NCBI GenBank assembly: GCA_039588295.1
Contig: JBDHAB010000029.1
Location: 1 to 53,779, forward strand
DNA: 53,779 nucleotides
Source: Gemmatimonadota bacterium
Lineage (GTDB): Bacteria; Gemmatimonadota; Gemmatimonadetes; Gemmatimonadales; GWC2-71-9
Direction of reading: 5' to 3'
Part shown: positions 16,601-26,488 of the stretch, piece after piece
How positions within the stretch are numbered: position 1 is the first letter of the stretch
Layout of the letters: the number at the start of each line of letters is the position of its first letter
Notes under the pieces: model-generated
Databases searched by the model: none
What the model was told of the DNA's origin: nothing
The model's input: the letters and a program-made list of their open reading frames with translations, nothing else
Translations under genes and position numbers: made by a program

Positions 16601-17443
16601 ATGGTTCGTCGTTGCTTGCTGGTCCTCGTTACCGCACTGCTTGTTATACCAGGGTCGGCTGCGCTGGCGCAAGATTCGACCGCCGCGCCACGGCTCAGGA
16701 TCCTCGTCGCGAATGACGACGGATTCCAAGCGCCCGGTCTGGTCGCGCTGGTCGATTCGCTGGTCACCATCGCCGATGTCGTGGTGGCTGCCCCGCTCAG
16801 CCAGCAGAGTGGCACGGGTCACGGCATCACCTTTCGCGAGCCGATCAAGGTGACCGACTTCGGCAATCGGTATGCCATCCCGTGGTACGCCATTGATGCC
16901 CGTCCGGCAACCTGTGTGCGCCTCGCGCTGACGACGTTGCTCGACTCGCTTCCCGACTTGGTGGTTTCGGGGATCAACACCGGTGACAACGTCGGGGTCT
17001 CCGCCTGGCTCTCGGGCACGGTGGCGGCAGCACGGGAAGCCGCCCTGCATGGCATTCCGGCGATCGCGGTCTCCGCCGGGTTGGGCCAATATCAGGACTA
17101 CCAGATCGCGGCTGGCTACATCCGCCAATTGGTCGAGCAGCTCCTCGCCGATGGGACGCTCAAGAAGCGGCCGTTGCTCAACGTGAACGTGCCGGCCGGA
17201 GGACCGAGGGGCGTCAAGGTATCGGGGATGAGCCTGATGCTGGGCACCGAAACGTATGACGACCGACTGTCACCCCGAGGCCAACGCTACTTCTGGGACA
17301 CCTGGTCGCCCCCGGAGGACGACACGCTGGAAGGCACCGACCTCTATTGGTACTCGCGCGGTTACATCACGGTGACCCCGCTCAAGATCGATCAGACGGA
17401 TACCGCCGTGATGAAGGCGCTCGGCATCCGGCTCGAGAAGTAG
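16601..17443 (+). CDS. surE: 5'/3'-nucleotidase SurE with Sec signal peptide
   Basis: ILVANDDG..APG, QSGTG, VVSGINTGDN, SGTVAAAREA and VTPL motifs. GGAGG RBS. N-terminal signal MVRRCLLVLVTALLVIPGSAALA. Confidence 0.9.
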   Translation: MVRRCLLVLVTALLVIPGSAALAQDSTAAPRLRILVANDDGFQAPGLVALVDSLVTIADVVVAAPLSQQSGTGHGITFREPIKVTDFGNRYAIPWYAIDARPATCVRLALTTLLDSLPDLVVSGINTGDNVGVSAWLSGTVAAAREAALHGIPAIAVSAGLGQYQDYQIAAGYIRQLVEQLLADGTLKKRPLLNVNVPAGGPRGVKVSGMSLMLGTETYDDRLSPRGQRYFWDTWSPPEDDTLEGTDLYWYSRGYITVTPLKIDQTDTAVMKALGIRLEK

Positions 17444-17462
17444 CGAGCCGCGTCGGCGGGCG

Positions 17463-18122
17463 TCAGACCCCCGGCCGAAACGCTTCGGCGGAGACGAGCG
17501 GGACGAAGCGGCAGGGGCCGGCGTACGTGGTCCGGTACCCTCCGTGCGTGCGCTCGATGATTGTCAGGTCCTGGAGCGCGCGATCTCCGATCGGAATCAC
17601 CAGTCGGCCGCCAACCGTCAGTTGGTCCAACAGCCGTGTTGGCGGCTTCGGCGACGCGGCCGCGACGATGATGGTGTCAAACGGCGCCGCCGACGGGTAG
17701 CCGAGCGCGCCGTCCCCGACGATGAGCGTCACGTTGTCGCAGCCGAGCAGCCGCAAGCGATGTCCTGCGTCGTCGGACAGCGACGCGATCCGTTCCACAC
17801 TCCATACGTGCTTGGCGAGCTTCGCCAGCACGGCAGTCTGATAGCCCGATCCCGTTCCGACATCCAGGACCTTGGAGCGCCGAGTCACCCGCGCGGCCTG
17901 GGTCATGAGCGCGACGATATATGGTTGTGAAATCGTCTGCTCGTGTCCGATGGGTAGCGGGCCGTCGTCATAGGCGTGGTCCCGCAGGTGGGGTGGGACG
18001 AAGACCTCGCGGGGAACCGATACCATGGCTGCCAGGACCCGGCGGTCGTGGATGTCCCGTGCGGCGAGATGCCGTCGCACCATGGTGCGCACGTCTGCTC
18101 GTTTGGAGTGGGCCACGGTCAT
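17463..18122 (-). CDS. pcm: Protein-L-isoaspartate O-methyltransferase
   Basis: VPREVFVP, AYDDGPLPIG..QTISQPYIVA, VLDVGTGSGYQTA and FVPLV motifs. AGGAG RBS before ATG at 18122. Confidence 0.93.
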   Translation of the reverse strand: MTVAHSKRADVRTMVRRHLAARDIHDRRVLAAMVSVPREVFVPPHLRDHAYDDGPLPIGHEQTISQPYIVALMTQAARVTRRSKVLDVGTGSGYQTAVLAKLAKHVWSVERIASLSDDAGHRLRLLGCDNVTLIVGDGALGYPSAAPFDTIIVAAASPKPPTRLLDQLTVGGRLVIPIGDRALQDLTIIERTHGGYRTTYAGPCRFVPLVSAEAFRPGV

Positions 18123-18158
18123 GTGAGGCTCCTCATGGCCAAAGATACGCCTCACGGC

Positions 18159-19286
18159 CTAGGAGGCCATCGTCTTGGGGAAGCGCACGACGGCGAGGCG
18201 GAGCGCAGCCAGGGCGATGACGGTGATCGCCAGGTACTCGGGCCAGAGGCCGATCACCCCCTCACCCTTGAGGAAGATCGTGCGAATGATCTCCAGGAAA
18301 TGACGAACCGGGTTCAGCAGCGTGATCCACTGGAAGACCGGAGGCATGCTGCTGATCGGATAGAAGAAGCCGGAGAGAATGATGGCGGGTTGCAGGAAGA
18401 GGAACATCGACATGAAGGCTTCCTGCTGTGTCTTGGAAATCGTGGAGATCAACAGGCCGACCGCCAGTCCGGCGAGGATGTACAACAGGGCGGCGACGAA
18501 CAACGCGATTCGCGGGCCGCGGAGCGGAATATCGAACCAGAGGACCGCCATCGACGAGATGAGGATGAGGTCGGCAACGCCGATGGCGGCCACCGGAAGC
18601 GTCTTGCCGAGCATCAGCTCCTCTGGGGTGAGGGGACTGACGACCAACTGGTCCAGCGTACCCAACTCCCGCTCCCGCACCACGGCGAGTGCCGTAAGGA
18701 GGAGGCACACCATCATAATGATGACGCCGACCACTGCGGGCACGTTGTAGACGCGGGACTGGAGATTGGGGTTGTACCAGGCACGAACGCGCAGGTCCAC
18801 GCCCCCTTGGGGGAGTGGTCCGGACACGGAAGCGTGGTCGAGGGCGAAACGCTGGACAATGCGTTGCGCATACCCTTGAGCCACGGTGGCCGAATTCGAG
18901 TGGGTACCGTCGAACACGAGCTGAATCGTCGCTGTGTGGCCGGAGGAGAGTTCTCGCGCGAAGCCGACGGGGATTTCGATGCCGACGATGGCACGTCCAC
19001 TGTTCAGCGCCTCGGTCAGCGCGGCAGGTCGTTGGGAGCGGTCAATGATCCGGAAGTAGCCGGTCGATTGAAACGCAGTGACGAACTCGCGGGAGACCGC
19101 CGTCTGGTCGAGGTCGACAACGAACGTCGCCGTGTCCCGTATGTCGGTGTTCACCGCGTAACCGAACATGACGAGTTGGATCAGCGGTGCAACGAAGATC
19201 ACGGCACGGGTCCGTGGGTCTCGTAGCAACTGGCGAAATTCCTTCTTGACCAGCTCGCGCACGCGGGACGGCGCGACCCGTCTCAT
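18159..19286 (-). CDS. ABC-2 transporter permease (YbhR-like)
   Basis: KEFRQLLRD, WYNPNL, RERELGTLDQL and LSGFFYPISSMP motifs. Confidence 0.92.
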   Translation of the reverse strand: MRRVAPSRVRELVKKEFRQLLRDPRTRAVIFVAPLIQLVMFGYAVNTDIRDTATFVVDLDQTAVSREFVTAFQSTGYFRIIDRSQRPAALTEALNSGRAIVGIEIPVGFARELSSGHTATIQLVFDGTHSNSATVAQGYAQRIVQRFALDHASVSGPLPQGGVDLRVRAWYNPNLQSRVYNVPAVVGVIIMMVCLLLTALAVVRERELGTLDQLVVSPLTPEELMLGKTLPVAAIGVADLILISSMAVLWFDIPLRGPRIALFVAALLYILAGLAVGLLISTISKTQQEAFMSMFLFLQPAIILSGFFYPISSMPPVFQWITLLNPVRHFLEIIRTIFLKGEGVIGLWPEYLAITVIALAALRLAVVRFPKTMAS

Positions 19287-20398
19287 GCGATCTCCTTCTT
19301 GAACACCCCGATCGCGAGCGAGAGACCGATCAGCGCGAACACGATCATTGCAACGGCATCGACCCAGAGCACGCTGGCACCCACACCTTTGAGGAAGATG
19401 CCTTTCGTGACCGCCACGTAGTACCGAGCTGGGACGACGTAGGTGATCGCACGCAACGCCAGAGGCATCGTGGCGATCGTGAAGATGAACCCGGAAAGGA
19501 GTAAGGCCGGCAGGAGCGTGGCGATCATCGCAACCTGCGTCGCCAACACCTGCGTCTTGACCGCTGCGGAAATGAAGATTCCGAGTCCCAGCGCTCCCAC
19601 GAGGAACAGGAGCGTCAACATGCCGAGGAGCAGCACGCTACCGCGGAACGGCACGTCGAAGAGGAACACCGCCACACACGAGGCCACCGCCACGTCGAGG
19701 ATGCCGATACCGACGTAGGGCAGGAGCTTGCCGACGATGATCTCCAGCCGATGCACGGGGGTGGCCGCGAGTTGCTCCATCGTGCCGCGTTCCCACTCGC
19801 GGGCCACCGTCAGCGCCGTCAACATGGCAGCGATGATCGACATGATGACGGCGACGAGACCCGGGACGATCATGTTGCGGCTCTCGAGCGTCTCGTTGTA
19901 CCAGATGCGACTTTCCGCCGCAACGGGGAATTGCACTCGGCGGCCCTTCAGCACGATATCGGCGGAGTACCCTGCGACGATCGCCTCCGCGTAGTTTTGC
20001 GCTATCGTCGCCGTGTTTGCGTCGGCGCCGTCCACGAGCAGCTGCAAGGAAGCACCCGTTTCCTTTGACAGATCGCTCGCGAACGTCGGGGGGATGATCA
20101 GGACGAGCCGGGCGGCACTCGTTTCCAAAGCTCCGCTGGCGGCGTCATAGCCATCGAGATACGCCACAACCGTGAAGTATCCTGACCCCTCGAACACCTC
20201 GATGAGCCGCCGGCTCGCCTGAGATCGACTTTGATCGAATACGGCCATGTGGATGTCGCGAATGTCGAACGTGATCGCGTAGCCGAAGATCAGGACGAGG
20301 ATCAGAGGGAGGATGAAGGCCAGATAGAGGCTGCGTGCGTCCCGCCGGATCTGCACGAACTCTTTGCGGCTCACCGCCCACAGACGAATGAGATTCAT
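19283..20398 (-). CDS. ABC-2 transporter permease (YbhS-like)
   Basis: KEFVQIRRD, AREWERGTMEQL and LLSGFIF motifs. Start MNLIRL overlaps the upstream stop. Confidence 0.92.
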   Translation of the reverse strand: MNLIRLWAVSRKEFVQIRRDARSLYLAFILPLILVLIFGYAITFDIRDIHMAVFDQSRSQASRRLIEVFEGSGYFTVVAYLDGYDAASGALETSAARLVLIIPPTFASDLSKETGASLQLLVDGADANTATIAQNYAEAIVAGYSADIVLKGRRVQFPVAAESRIWYNETLESRNMIVPGLVAVIMSIIAAMLTALTVAREWERGTMEQLAATPVHRLEIIVGKLLPYVGIGILDVAVASCVAVFLFDVPFRGSVLLLGMLTLLFLVGALGLGIFISAAVKTQVLATQVAMIATLLPALLLSGFIFTIATMPLALRAITYVVPARYYVAVTKGIFLKGVGASVLWVDAVAMIVFALIGLSLAIGVFKKEIA

Positions 20399-21333
20399 GC
20401 GGTCACCGCACCGCCTTCCTGCCGCACCAACGCGACAAACACATCTTCGAACGACGGGCTGACCCGTTGCAGCTCGTCGCAGGTGCGACCGCTCCGTGCC
20501 AGAACCTGCGGCAGCTCGGCCAGCGCCCGCGCCTCGTCCGCGACCAGGACGTGGACGGCGCGGCCGAACATGGCCGCCTCGATGACCAATGGGTGACCGT
20601 GCAGGGCTTCCACCGCCTTGGGCGGGTCGTCCGTACGCAATGAAAGCAGCGGATGGGTGAGGCTCCGCTTGAGTTGGGCCGGGCGATCGAGGGCGATCAG
20701 ACGACCACGGTTCATGAGGGCGAGCCGGTAGCAGTACTCTGCCTCTTCCATGTAGTGGGTGCTGACGAAAACGGTCGTTCCTGCGCTCGCCAGCTCGTAG
20801 ATGAGGTCCCAGAAGCGGCGCCGGGACAGGGGATCGACTCCGGAGGTCGGTTCGTCCAGAAACAGAATCGGGGGCTCGTGCAGCACCGCGCATCCCAGGG
20901 CCAGACGCTGCTTCCACCCGAGGGAGAGCTGTCCCGTCGGTCGGCGACGATGCTCCGCCAGTCCGGCCATGTCGAGCACCCAGTCGCGACGCGCCGTGTA
21001 GCGATCACCGGCCACCCCATAAAGACCCGCGAACAGCTGGATGTTCTCCTCCACCGTGAGGTCGGCGTAGAGGGAGAACAGCTGGGACATGTACCCGATG
21101 CGGTGCTTGACTTCGGTGGTCTGCGCCCCGACGTCGAATCCGGCCACCTGGGCGGAGCCGGACGAGGGCGGCAACAGCCCGGTCAGCATCTTGATGGTGG
21201 TGGTCTTGCCCGCGCCGTTCGGACCGAGGAACCCGAAGATCTCACCGGACGCCACGTCGAACGTCACACGATCGACTGCGACGAAGTCGCCGAATCGGCG
21301 CGTCAACTCGTGGACGCGAACGGCGTCAGGCAT
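20395..21333 (-). CDS. ABC transporter ATP-binding protein
   Basis: GPNGAGKTT, LSLGWKQR, LDEPTSGVDP and STHYMEEA motifs. Confidence 0.93.
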   Translation of the reverse strand: MPDAVRVHELTRRFGDFVAVDRVTFDVASGEIFGFLGPNGAGKTTTIKMLTGLLPPSSGSAQVAGFDVGAQTTEVKHRIGYMSQLFSLYADLTVEENIQLFAGLYGVAGDRYTARRDWVLDMAGLAEHRRRPTGQLSLGWKQRLALGCAVLHEPPILFLDEPTSGVDPLSRRRFWDLIYELASAGTTVFVSTHYMEEAEYCYRLALMNRGRLIALDRPAQLKRSLTHPLLSLRTDDPPKAVEALHGHPLVIEAAMFGRAVHVLVADEARALAELPQVLARSGRTCDELQRVSPSFEDVFVALVRQEGGAVTA

Positions 21334-22261
21334 GCGAAGGCATGCGCGGTTGCACGAGGTCGATGAACACGTCCTCCAGCGACGGCTCGGTGGGGCCTTC
21401 CTCCAGAATCCGAACGCCGCTGGCGCGCAACGCCTCGCGAGCGACCGGCCAGTCGCGATCGGGGGTGTCCAACGCCACGTGGATCACGTCGCCGAACAGG
21501 GCCGCGTGACGCACCGACGCGTGCTCATGCAGCACCTGTCGGGCGCGCTGAGGAGCGTCCGGCCTGACGACCAGGATGTGACCCGCGAGGCGGTCTTGAA
21601 ATGCCCGCGGCGTATCCAGCGCGAGCAGGGCACCCTCATGCAGGAAGGCGACCCGGTCGCAGCGCTCCGCTTCGTCGAGATAGGCCGTCGACACGAGCAC
21701 GGTGATACCCCGTGCCACCATCTCGTGCACGATCAGCCAGAGGTCGCGGCGAGAGATGGGGTCCACGCCGAACGTCGGCTCGTCCAGCAACATGATTTCA
21801 GGTTCATGGATCAGCGCGCAGCTGAGACCGAGTTTCTGCTTCATGCCGCCAGAGAGCTGACCGGCGAGCCGGTGTTCGAACGGCCCGAGTCCGGAGAACT
21901 CGTACAGCCTTGCAATTCGCGCCGTACGTTCGACACGCGGCACGAGGAAGAGATCGGCGTAGAATTCGATGTTCTCCCGCACCGTGAGGTCGGTGTAGAG
22001 ACCGAAGCGCTGCGACATGTACGCGATGTGCTGCTTCACGCCCTCGGGATCGGTGGCGACGGAGACCCCGCTGATCAAGGCCTCGCCGGACGACGGGCGG
22101 AGCACTCCCGCTAACATTCTTAGCGTGGTCGTTTTGCCCGCTCCGTCGGGTCCGACGATCCCGAAGAGCTCGCCAGGTGCAACGTCGAAGCTGAGACCGT
22201 CGACCGCGGTGAGCGCGCCGAAGCGTCGCGTGAGACGGGAGAGAGAGACTGCGGAGGACAA
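21326..22261 (-). CDS. ABC transporter ATP-binding protein
   Basis: GPDGAGKTT, LSGGMKQK, LDEPTFGVDP and STAYLDEA motifs. TTG start. Confidence 0.92.
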   Translation of the reverse strand: MSSAVSLSRLTRRFGALTAVDGLSFDVAPGELFGIVGPDGAGKTTTLRMLAGVLRPSSGEALISGVSVATDPEGVKQHIAYMSQRFGLYTDLTVRENIEFYADLFLVPRVERTARIARLYEFSGLGPFEHRLAGQLSGGMKQKLGLSCALIHEPEIMLLDEPTFGVDPISRRDLWLIVHEMVARGITVLVSTAYLDEAERCDRVAFLHEGALLALDTPRAFQDRLAGHILVVRPDAPQRARQVLHEHASVRHAALFGDVIHVALDTPDRDWPVAREALRASGVRILEEGPTEPSLEDVFIDLVQPRMPSHA

Positions 22262-22269
22262 GGCTGCGA

Positions 22270-23268
22270 TTAGGGCGGTGAGCTGTCGAGGCGGACGTCG
22301 GCGGGGAGCCCCGGCTTCAAATCGAACCCGGGATCCTCGGTAATCTGTACCTTGACGCGATACACGAGCTTCACTCGCTCTTCGGTGGTCTGCACGTTCC
22401 GCGGCGTGAATTCCGCTTTGTCGGAGATGAACACGATCCGACCGGCGTAGTCACGATCGGGATAGGCATCCGCGTTGATCGTGGCCCCCATACCCAGAGC
22501 GAGCCGTCCGACCAGCGCTTCGCGTACATAGATACGGATCCATCGATCGTCCGGGTTCATGAGCGACAACACCGGAACGCCGGGCGGTACGATCTCTCCG
22601 GGCTCTCGGTGCCGCACCGTGATGACACCATCGAACGGTGCGCGAATGGTGGCATTGCTGAGCGCTGCGTCGATCTGTGCGACGGTGGCCTCCGCTTGGG
22701 CCAGGATGCCGCGCTGGGCGGCGATCTGCTCGGTCCGCGGCCCGGCTTCCATGAGCTGGAGTTGTTCGCGCGCGCTCTGATGGTCCGATTCCGCGAGGGT
22801 GAGCGCGGTGCGCTGGTTGTCGAGCTGCTGCTGACTCACCGCTCCCCCGTCGTACAGGCGACGTGACCGTTCCAGATCCCGCTGGGCGTCGCTGAGCCGT
22901 TGCTCGGCTGCCCGGAATGCGGCTCGCGCCTGCTCGATCTCTTCGGTACGGAATCCGCGTTGGAGCTCGGTCAGCCGAGCGCGTGCGCTCGCAACCTGTG
23001 CCTCCGCCGCTCGCTTGCGGGCGACCGACTCGGTCCGGTCCAGCCACGCGAGCGCGGACCCTGTGTGGATGGCGTCACCTTCGCGAACGGCGATGCTGTC
23101 GATACGGCCCGGCAGTTGGAAGCCCAGGTCTGCCTCCGTAGCCTCGACCGTGCCGGAGGCCTCGATGATTTCGCCATCTGCGCGCGACCGCATCACCGTG
23201 ACGATCACGATCAGCGCGACGATTACGAGGAGCACGGCGCCAATGGCGGTTCGCCGCTTCTTCGTCAT
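22270..23268 (-). CDS. HlyD-family membrane fusion protein (YbhG-like)
   Basis: N-terminal TM, ASGTVEA, coiled coil, APFDG, AEFTPRNVQT and LKPGLPAD motifs. Confidence 0.92.
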   Translation of the reverse strand: MTKKRRTAIGAVLLVIVALIVIVTVMRSRADGEIIEASGTVEATEADLGFQLPGRIDSIAVREGDAIHTGSALAWLDRTESVARKRAAEAQVASARARLTELQRGFRTEEIEQARAAFRAAEQRLSDAQRDLERSRRLYDGGAVSQQQLDNQRTALTLAESDHQSAREQLQLMEAGPRTEQIAAQRGILAQAEATVAQIDAALSNATIRAPFDGVITVRHREPGEIVPPGVPVLSLMNPDDRWIRIYVREALVGRLALGMGATINADAYPDRDYAGRIVFISDKAEFTPRNVQTTEERVKLVYRVKVQITEDPGFDLKPGLPADVRLDSSPP

Positions 23269-24623
23269 TGGGTCGTCTCCAGTGTGCGTTCCAACCACTC
23301 AGGGGAGAGCGTGCCCGTCGCTCGAGCCAACTGCATCCGTGCGAGGATCTCCGCGTGGCGTACTTCGATGAGTGCGGCCCGGGACCGGCGCAGGTCGGCT
23401 TGGGCGCGGAGGTAATCGGTTTGGGTCCCGACACCGGTCTCCAGGGCCAGCTGCTCGATGCGCGCCACTTCCGTGAGGTGGGCCACCGCTGTGGCGACTG
23501 CTCTGCTGCGGGCCCGGTGCTCGCGCAGGTTGGTGAGAGCACGGTCCACCGCAGCCTCCGCGAACAACCGCGTGAGTCTGAGCTGCTCCTGTGCTTGCGA
23601 CGCGCGTGCGGTCGCGGCCGAAACCGCCTTTGACCGGGCGCCCCCCGTGAAGAGGGGATACGAGAGCCGGACACCACCCTGCCATTCCGTCGCGAAGTCG
23701 CCGGCCCCGCTGCCGAACAGCAGGTACGCTCCGGCTACCTCGAGCCGTGGCAACCATGCGGCGGTCGCCGTGCGCCGCGCCCATTGTGCGGTCTCGACCG
23801 CCCGCGAGGCCTGACGCAGTTCCGGACTGGTCGTCGCCAACGCCTCGAGCGATGCCTCACGGGTCGGGACGGCGGTGTCGGCGAGCGCGACTGGCGCGAG
23901 CTGCGCGGCCCTCGTCGATGCGGGCGACAGGTCCAGCAGCCGCGCGAGGGTGCGCTCCGCGGCATCCAGCTGTGAAGCGGCGGTGATCCGTTCGGCTTCC
24001 GCCTGCGCGATGGCAGCGTCCACGCGTAGGAGCTCGACGCGTGCCGCCCGTCCTTGGCCGAGCAGACGTTCGACGCGGTCGCGTTCGGCACCGAGCGCCG
24101 CGAGATTCTCGCCCAATGCCTCCAACACGCCTGCCGTCGAGCGGATGGTGAGATACGCCGTTCCCACATCGGCGATGAGCGTCATCTCCGCGACCTCGCG
24201 GCGGGCTTCCGTAACTCCTTGTTGCGCGCGCGCGGCGCGGATGCGGGCGCCTCGTGCCCCGCCGTCGAACAACGTGTAGCCAAGGTTCACCCCGCCTCGC
24301 ACCAATGAGCGGTTGAAGTCTGGGAAGTTGTTCGGATCGAGGCGATGGAGCGGGAAGATGACCATGGGTTCCTGGAACTGCGTGAACGATCCCTCGACGC
24401 GAAGCTGAGGAAACCACGCGGCGACGGCCTCGCCGGTTCGTGCGGCGGCTTCGAGTTCGGATGCGTGCGCCGCTGCGACCGACGGATGCGCGTCGAGGGC
24501 CGTTCGCACCGCGGCGAACAGGGTGATGGACGCTGAGTCGCTGGACTGTGCCCCTGCCGTCGCGTGCGCTGAGACGAGCACCATGGCCAGCGCGGCCCCC
24601 CGCGGAGCTGAGAGAGGTATCAT
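23265..24623 (-). CDS. TolC-family outer membrane efflux protein
   Basis: Signal peptide and two OEP repeats (W.PQL...LFDGG / W.PRL...PLFTGG). Confidence 0.9.
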   Translation of the reverse strand: MIPLSAPRGAALAMVLVSAHATAGAQSSDSASITLFAAVRTALDAHPSVAAAHASELEAAARTGEAVAAWFPQLRVEGSFTQFQEPMVIFPLHRLDPNNFPDFNRSLVRGGVNLGYTLFDGGARGARIRAARAQQGVTEARREVAEMTLIADVGTAYLTIRSTAGVLEALGENLAALGAERDRVERLLGQGRAARVELLRVDAAIAQAEAERITAASQLDAAERTLARLLDLSPASTRAAQLAPVALADTAVPTREASLEALATTSPELRQASRAVETAQWARRTATAAWLPRLEVAGAYLLFGSGAGDFATEWQGGVRLSYPLFTGGARSKAVSAATARASQAQEQLRLTRLFAEAAVDRALTNLREHRARSRAVATAVAHLTEVARIEQLALETGVGTQTDYLRAQADLRRSRAALIEVRHAEILARMQLARATGTLSPEWLERTLETTQ

Positions 24624-25237
24624 GCGTCGCCCTCCGACGGCGGAGCGAGGCCGGCACGAATGAAGCGCACCGCCGTTTCGATCATGGCCCGGCGTATCTC
24701 GCGGTCGTCTTGATCTAAGCCGAGCGCCTGTTGCAGCAGGCGTCGCACCAGCGTGAGCCAGATGGGGATCGCGATGATGTTCAGCGCGAGCAACCCAGGT
24801 TCTTCGGCCCGCACCGAGCCGTCCGCCTGGCCCTCGGCGAGTAGCTCCGTGATTGCCCGGTGATTGCGACGCAGCGCGGTCTGCACCGCTTGGGGAATGG
24901 GCCGGGCGCTCCCGAGCAACTGCACCATGAACCGAGGGAGGTCCGGATGTTCTTGGAGATAGTCGAATACGGATGTGACGAGGGCCTCGGTGCGCTCTGT
25001 GGACGACCCGGGGCGAGTGACCAGATTAGCCACGTGCGCCGCTAGTGGCTCCACCATCGAGGCAGCGACCGCCTCATAGAGCCGCTCCTTCGACCCGAAG
25101 TGGTAGGTCACGGCTCCGAGATTTGCCCCGGCGCGTGCCGTGATGGCCCGAATGGAAGCACCGCGATAGCCGCCCTCCGCAAAGAGCGCCCGTGCGGCGT
25201 CGATCAGAGCTGTTGCAGTGTCTACAGTCTCATGCAT
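24620..25237 (-). CDS. TetR-family transcriptional regulator (CecR/YbiH-like context)
   Basis: LIDAARALFAEGGY..ASIRAIT.RAGANLGAVTYHFGSKE.LY HTH. Start placed at MHETVD. Confidence 0.9.
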   Translation of the reverse strand: MHETVDTATALIDAARALFAEGGYRGASIRAITARAGANLGAVTYHFGSKERLYEAVAASMVEPLAAHVANLVTRPGSSTERTEALVTSVFDYLQEHPDLPRFMVQLLGSARPIPQAVQTALRRNHRAITELLAEGQADGSVRAEEPGLLALNIIAIPIWLTLVRRLLQQALGLDQDDREIRRAMIETAVRFIRAGLAPPSEGDA

Positions 25238-25267
25238 ACGTATGTAGGAATTCGAACGTATGTATGA
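25233..25267. promoter_or_regulatory. Putative tandem TetR operator
   Basis: Direct repeat ACGTATGTA at 25238-25246 and 25256-25264 (18-bp period). Perfect palindrome CATACGTATG at 25235-25244 overlaps the tetR start codon. Confidence 0.6.
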
Positions 25268-25312
25268 TAATGATGGTAGGAGCACTTGGCAAGCGTGCGG
25301 TGTGAGAGTGGG

Positions 25313-26488
25313 CTAGCGCCTCGTCAGCCAGAGTTCGGGATCGAGCGCGATGCCACCCGAGCCACGGATCTGGAACTCGAGATGAGGCCCGTCCTCCGAG
25401 GTCTGGCCGCCGGAGGCTCCGATCACTTGGCCTGCCTGAACGTATTGGCCCAGCGAGACGGCTACCGCAGAGAGATACAGGTACAGGGTGTAGTAGTTAC
25501 CACCGTGGTCGAGCATGACCATGAAGCCGTAGGTGCCGAACGGTCCGGCGTGCGCGGCGGTCCCATCCGCCACGGCTCGCACGTCGGTGCCTACCGGTGC
25601 CGCGATCCCGATGCCGTGCTGACGCAACGTGGTGTCGTCCGGGCCGCTCTGCCGCCCGAAGCTGTAAATCACCCGGCTGTCGATGGGCCATGGCAGCGTG
25701 CCCAAGCTCGCGTCCGTGATGGTACCGGGGATGGCGGCGCCGGCGCGCCGGCGCTCGGCGTCGAGGTTGGCGATGATCGTGGTCAGCCGCTCCTCGTCGC
25801 GGGTCAACGAGTCGAGTCGGCTCGAGGCCGTTCGTCGTGACGCCTGGGTGGTGCGCAGCGCCCGCTGCCGCCGCCGTTCCAGCGAGAGGTACCGGTCCAG
25901 CTCGCTGCCCCGCGCCTCGCGCTGGCGCTCCAACTCGGTGTGGACGGTCACCAACTCTCCACGTTGCTGCGCCACGCGGTCACGCAGCTCCTCGACCGAG
26001 CGGGTGAGTGCCCGATCCTGTCGGCTCACGAGGAAGAGGTACTTGTAGCGGCCGATCAGGTCGCCGAAGCTCTCGGCGGCCAGCAATACCTCGAACATCC
26101 ACAGCCGCCCGCGCTTGTAGATCTCGACCAGCCGCGTATCGAGCACCGCCCGTTTCTCCGCGAGGGCGTCCTGAGCGAGCATGACATCGAGCGTCGCAGT
26201 GTCCACCTCGGCGCTGAGTCCCCCGATCTGCCGATCCAGCTCGTTGACGACCCGCGACGTGACCGTCTTCTGTCGCTCGATATTGCGCAGCTCGCTGGTG
26301 AGTGTGTGAGCGCGACCTTCCAGGCGTTCCATATCCGTTTGGAGTTGCGCTCGCTGCCGCCGAATCGAGTCGAGGCGCACCTGGTTCTCGCGGATGCGCG
26401 TGTTCACGTCCGGCCGTTGCGCGAGGAGGGCGCCGCTGCCGAGGGTGAGAAGACCGACGAGACCGAGTGTGGTGCGCATGCGCGTCAT
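25313..26488 (-). CDS. envC: Murein hydrolase activator EnvC (coiled coil + degenerate M23 domain)
   Basis: Signal peptide, long coiled coil and LPWP. The M23 fold lacks Zn ligands (HGIGI, TLYLYL, PHLEF). Lies downstream of ftsX. Confidence 0.85.
   Translation of the reverse strand: MTRMRTTLGLVGLLTLGSGALLAQRPDVNTRIRENQVRLDSIRRQRAQLQTDMERLEGRAHTLTSELRNIERQKTVTSRVVNELDRQIGGLSAEVDTATLDVMLAQDALAEKRAVLDTRLVEIYKRGRLWMFEVLLAAESFGDLIGRYKYLFLVSRQDRALTRSVEELRDRVAQQRGELVTVHTELERQREARGSELDRYLSLERRRQRALRTTQASRRTASSRLDSLTRDEERLTTIIANLDAERRRAGAAIPGTITDASLGTLPWPIDSRVIYSFGRQSGPDDTTLRQHGIGIAAPVGTDVRAVADGTAAHAGPFGTYGFMVMLDHGGNYYTLYLYLSAVAVSLGQYVQAGQVIGASGGQTSEDGPHLEFQIRGSGGIALDPELWLTRR

Noticed and set aside
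25313..25700. Missing Zn ligands in the M23 domain as evidence of a pseudogene
   Set aside because: Catalytic degeneracy is the normal state of EnvC-type amidase activators.
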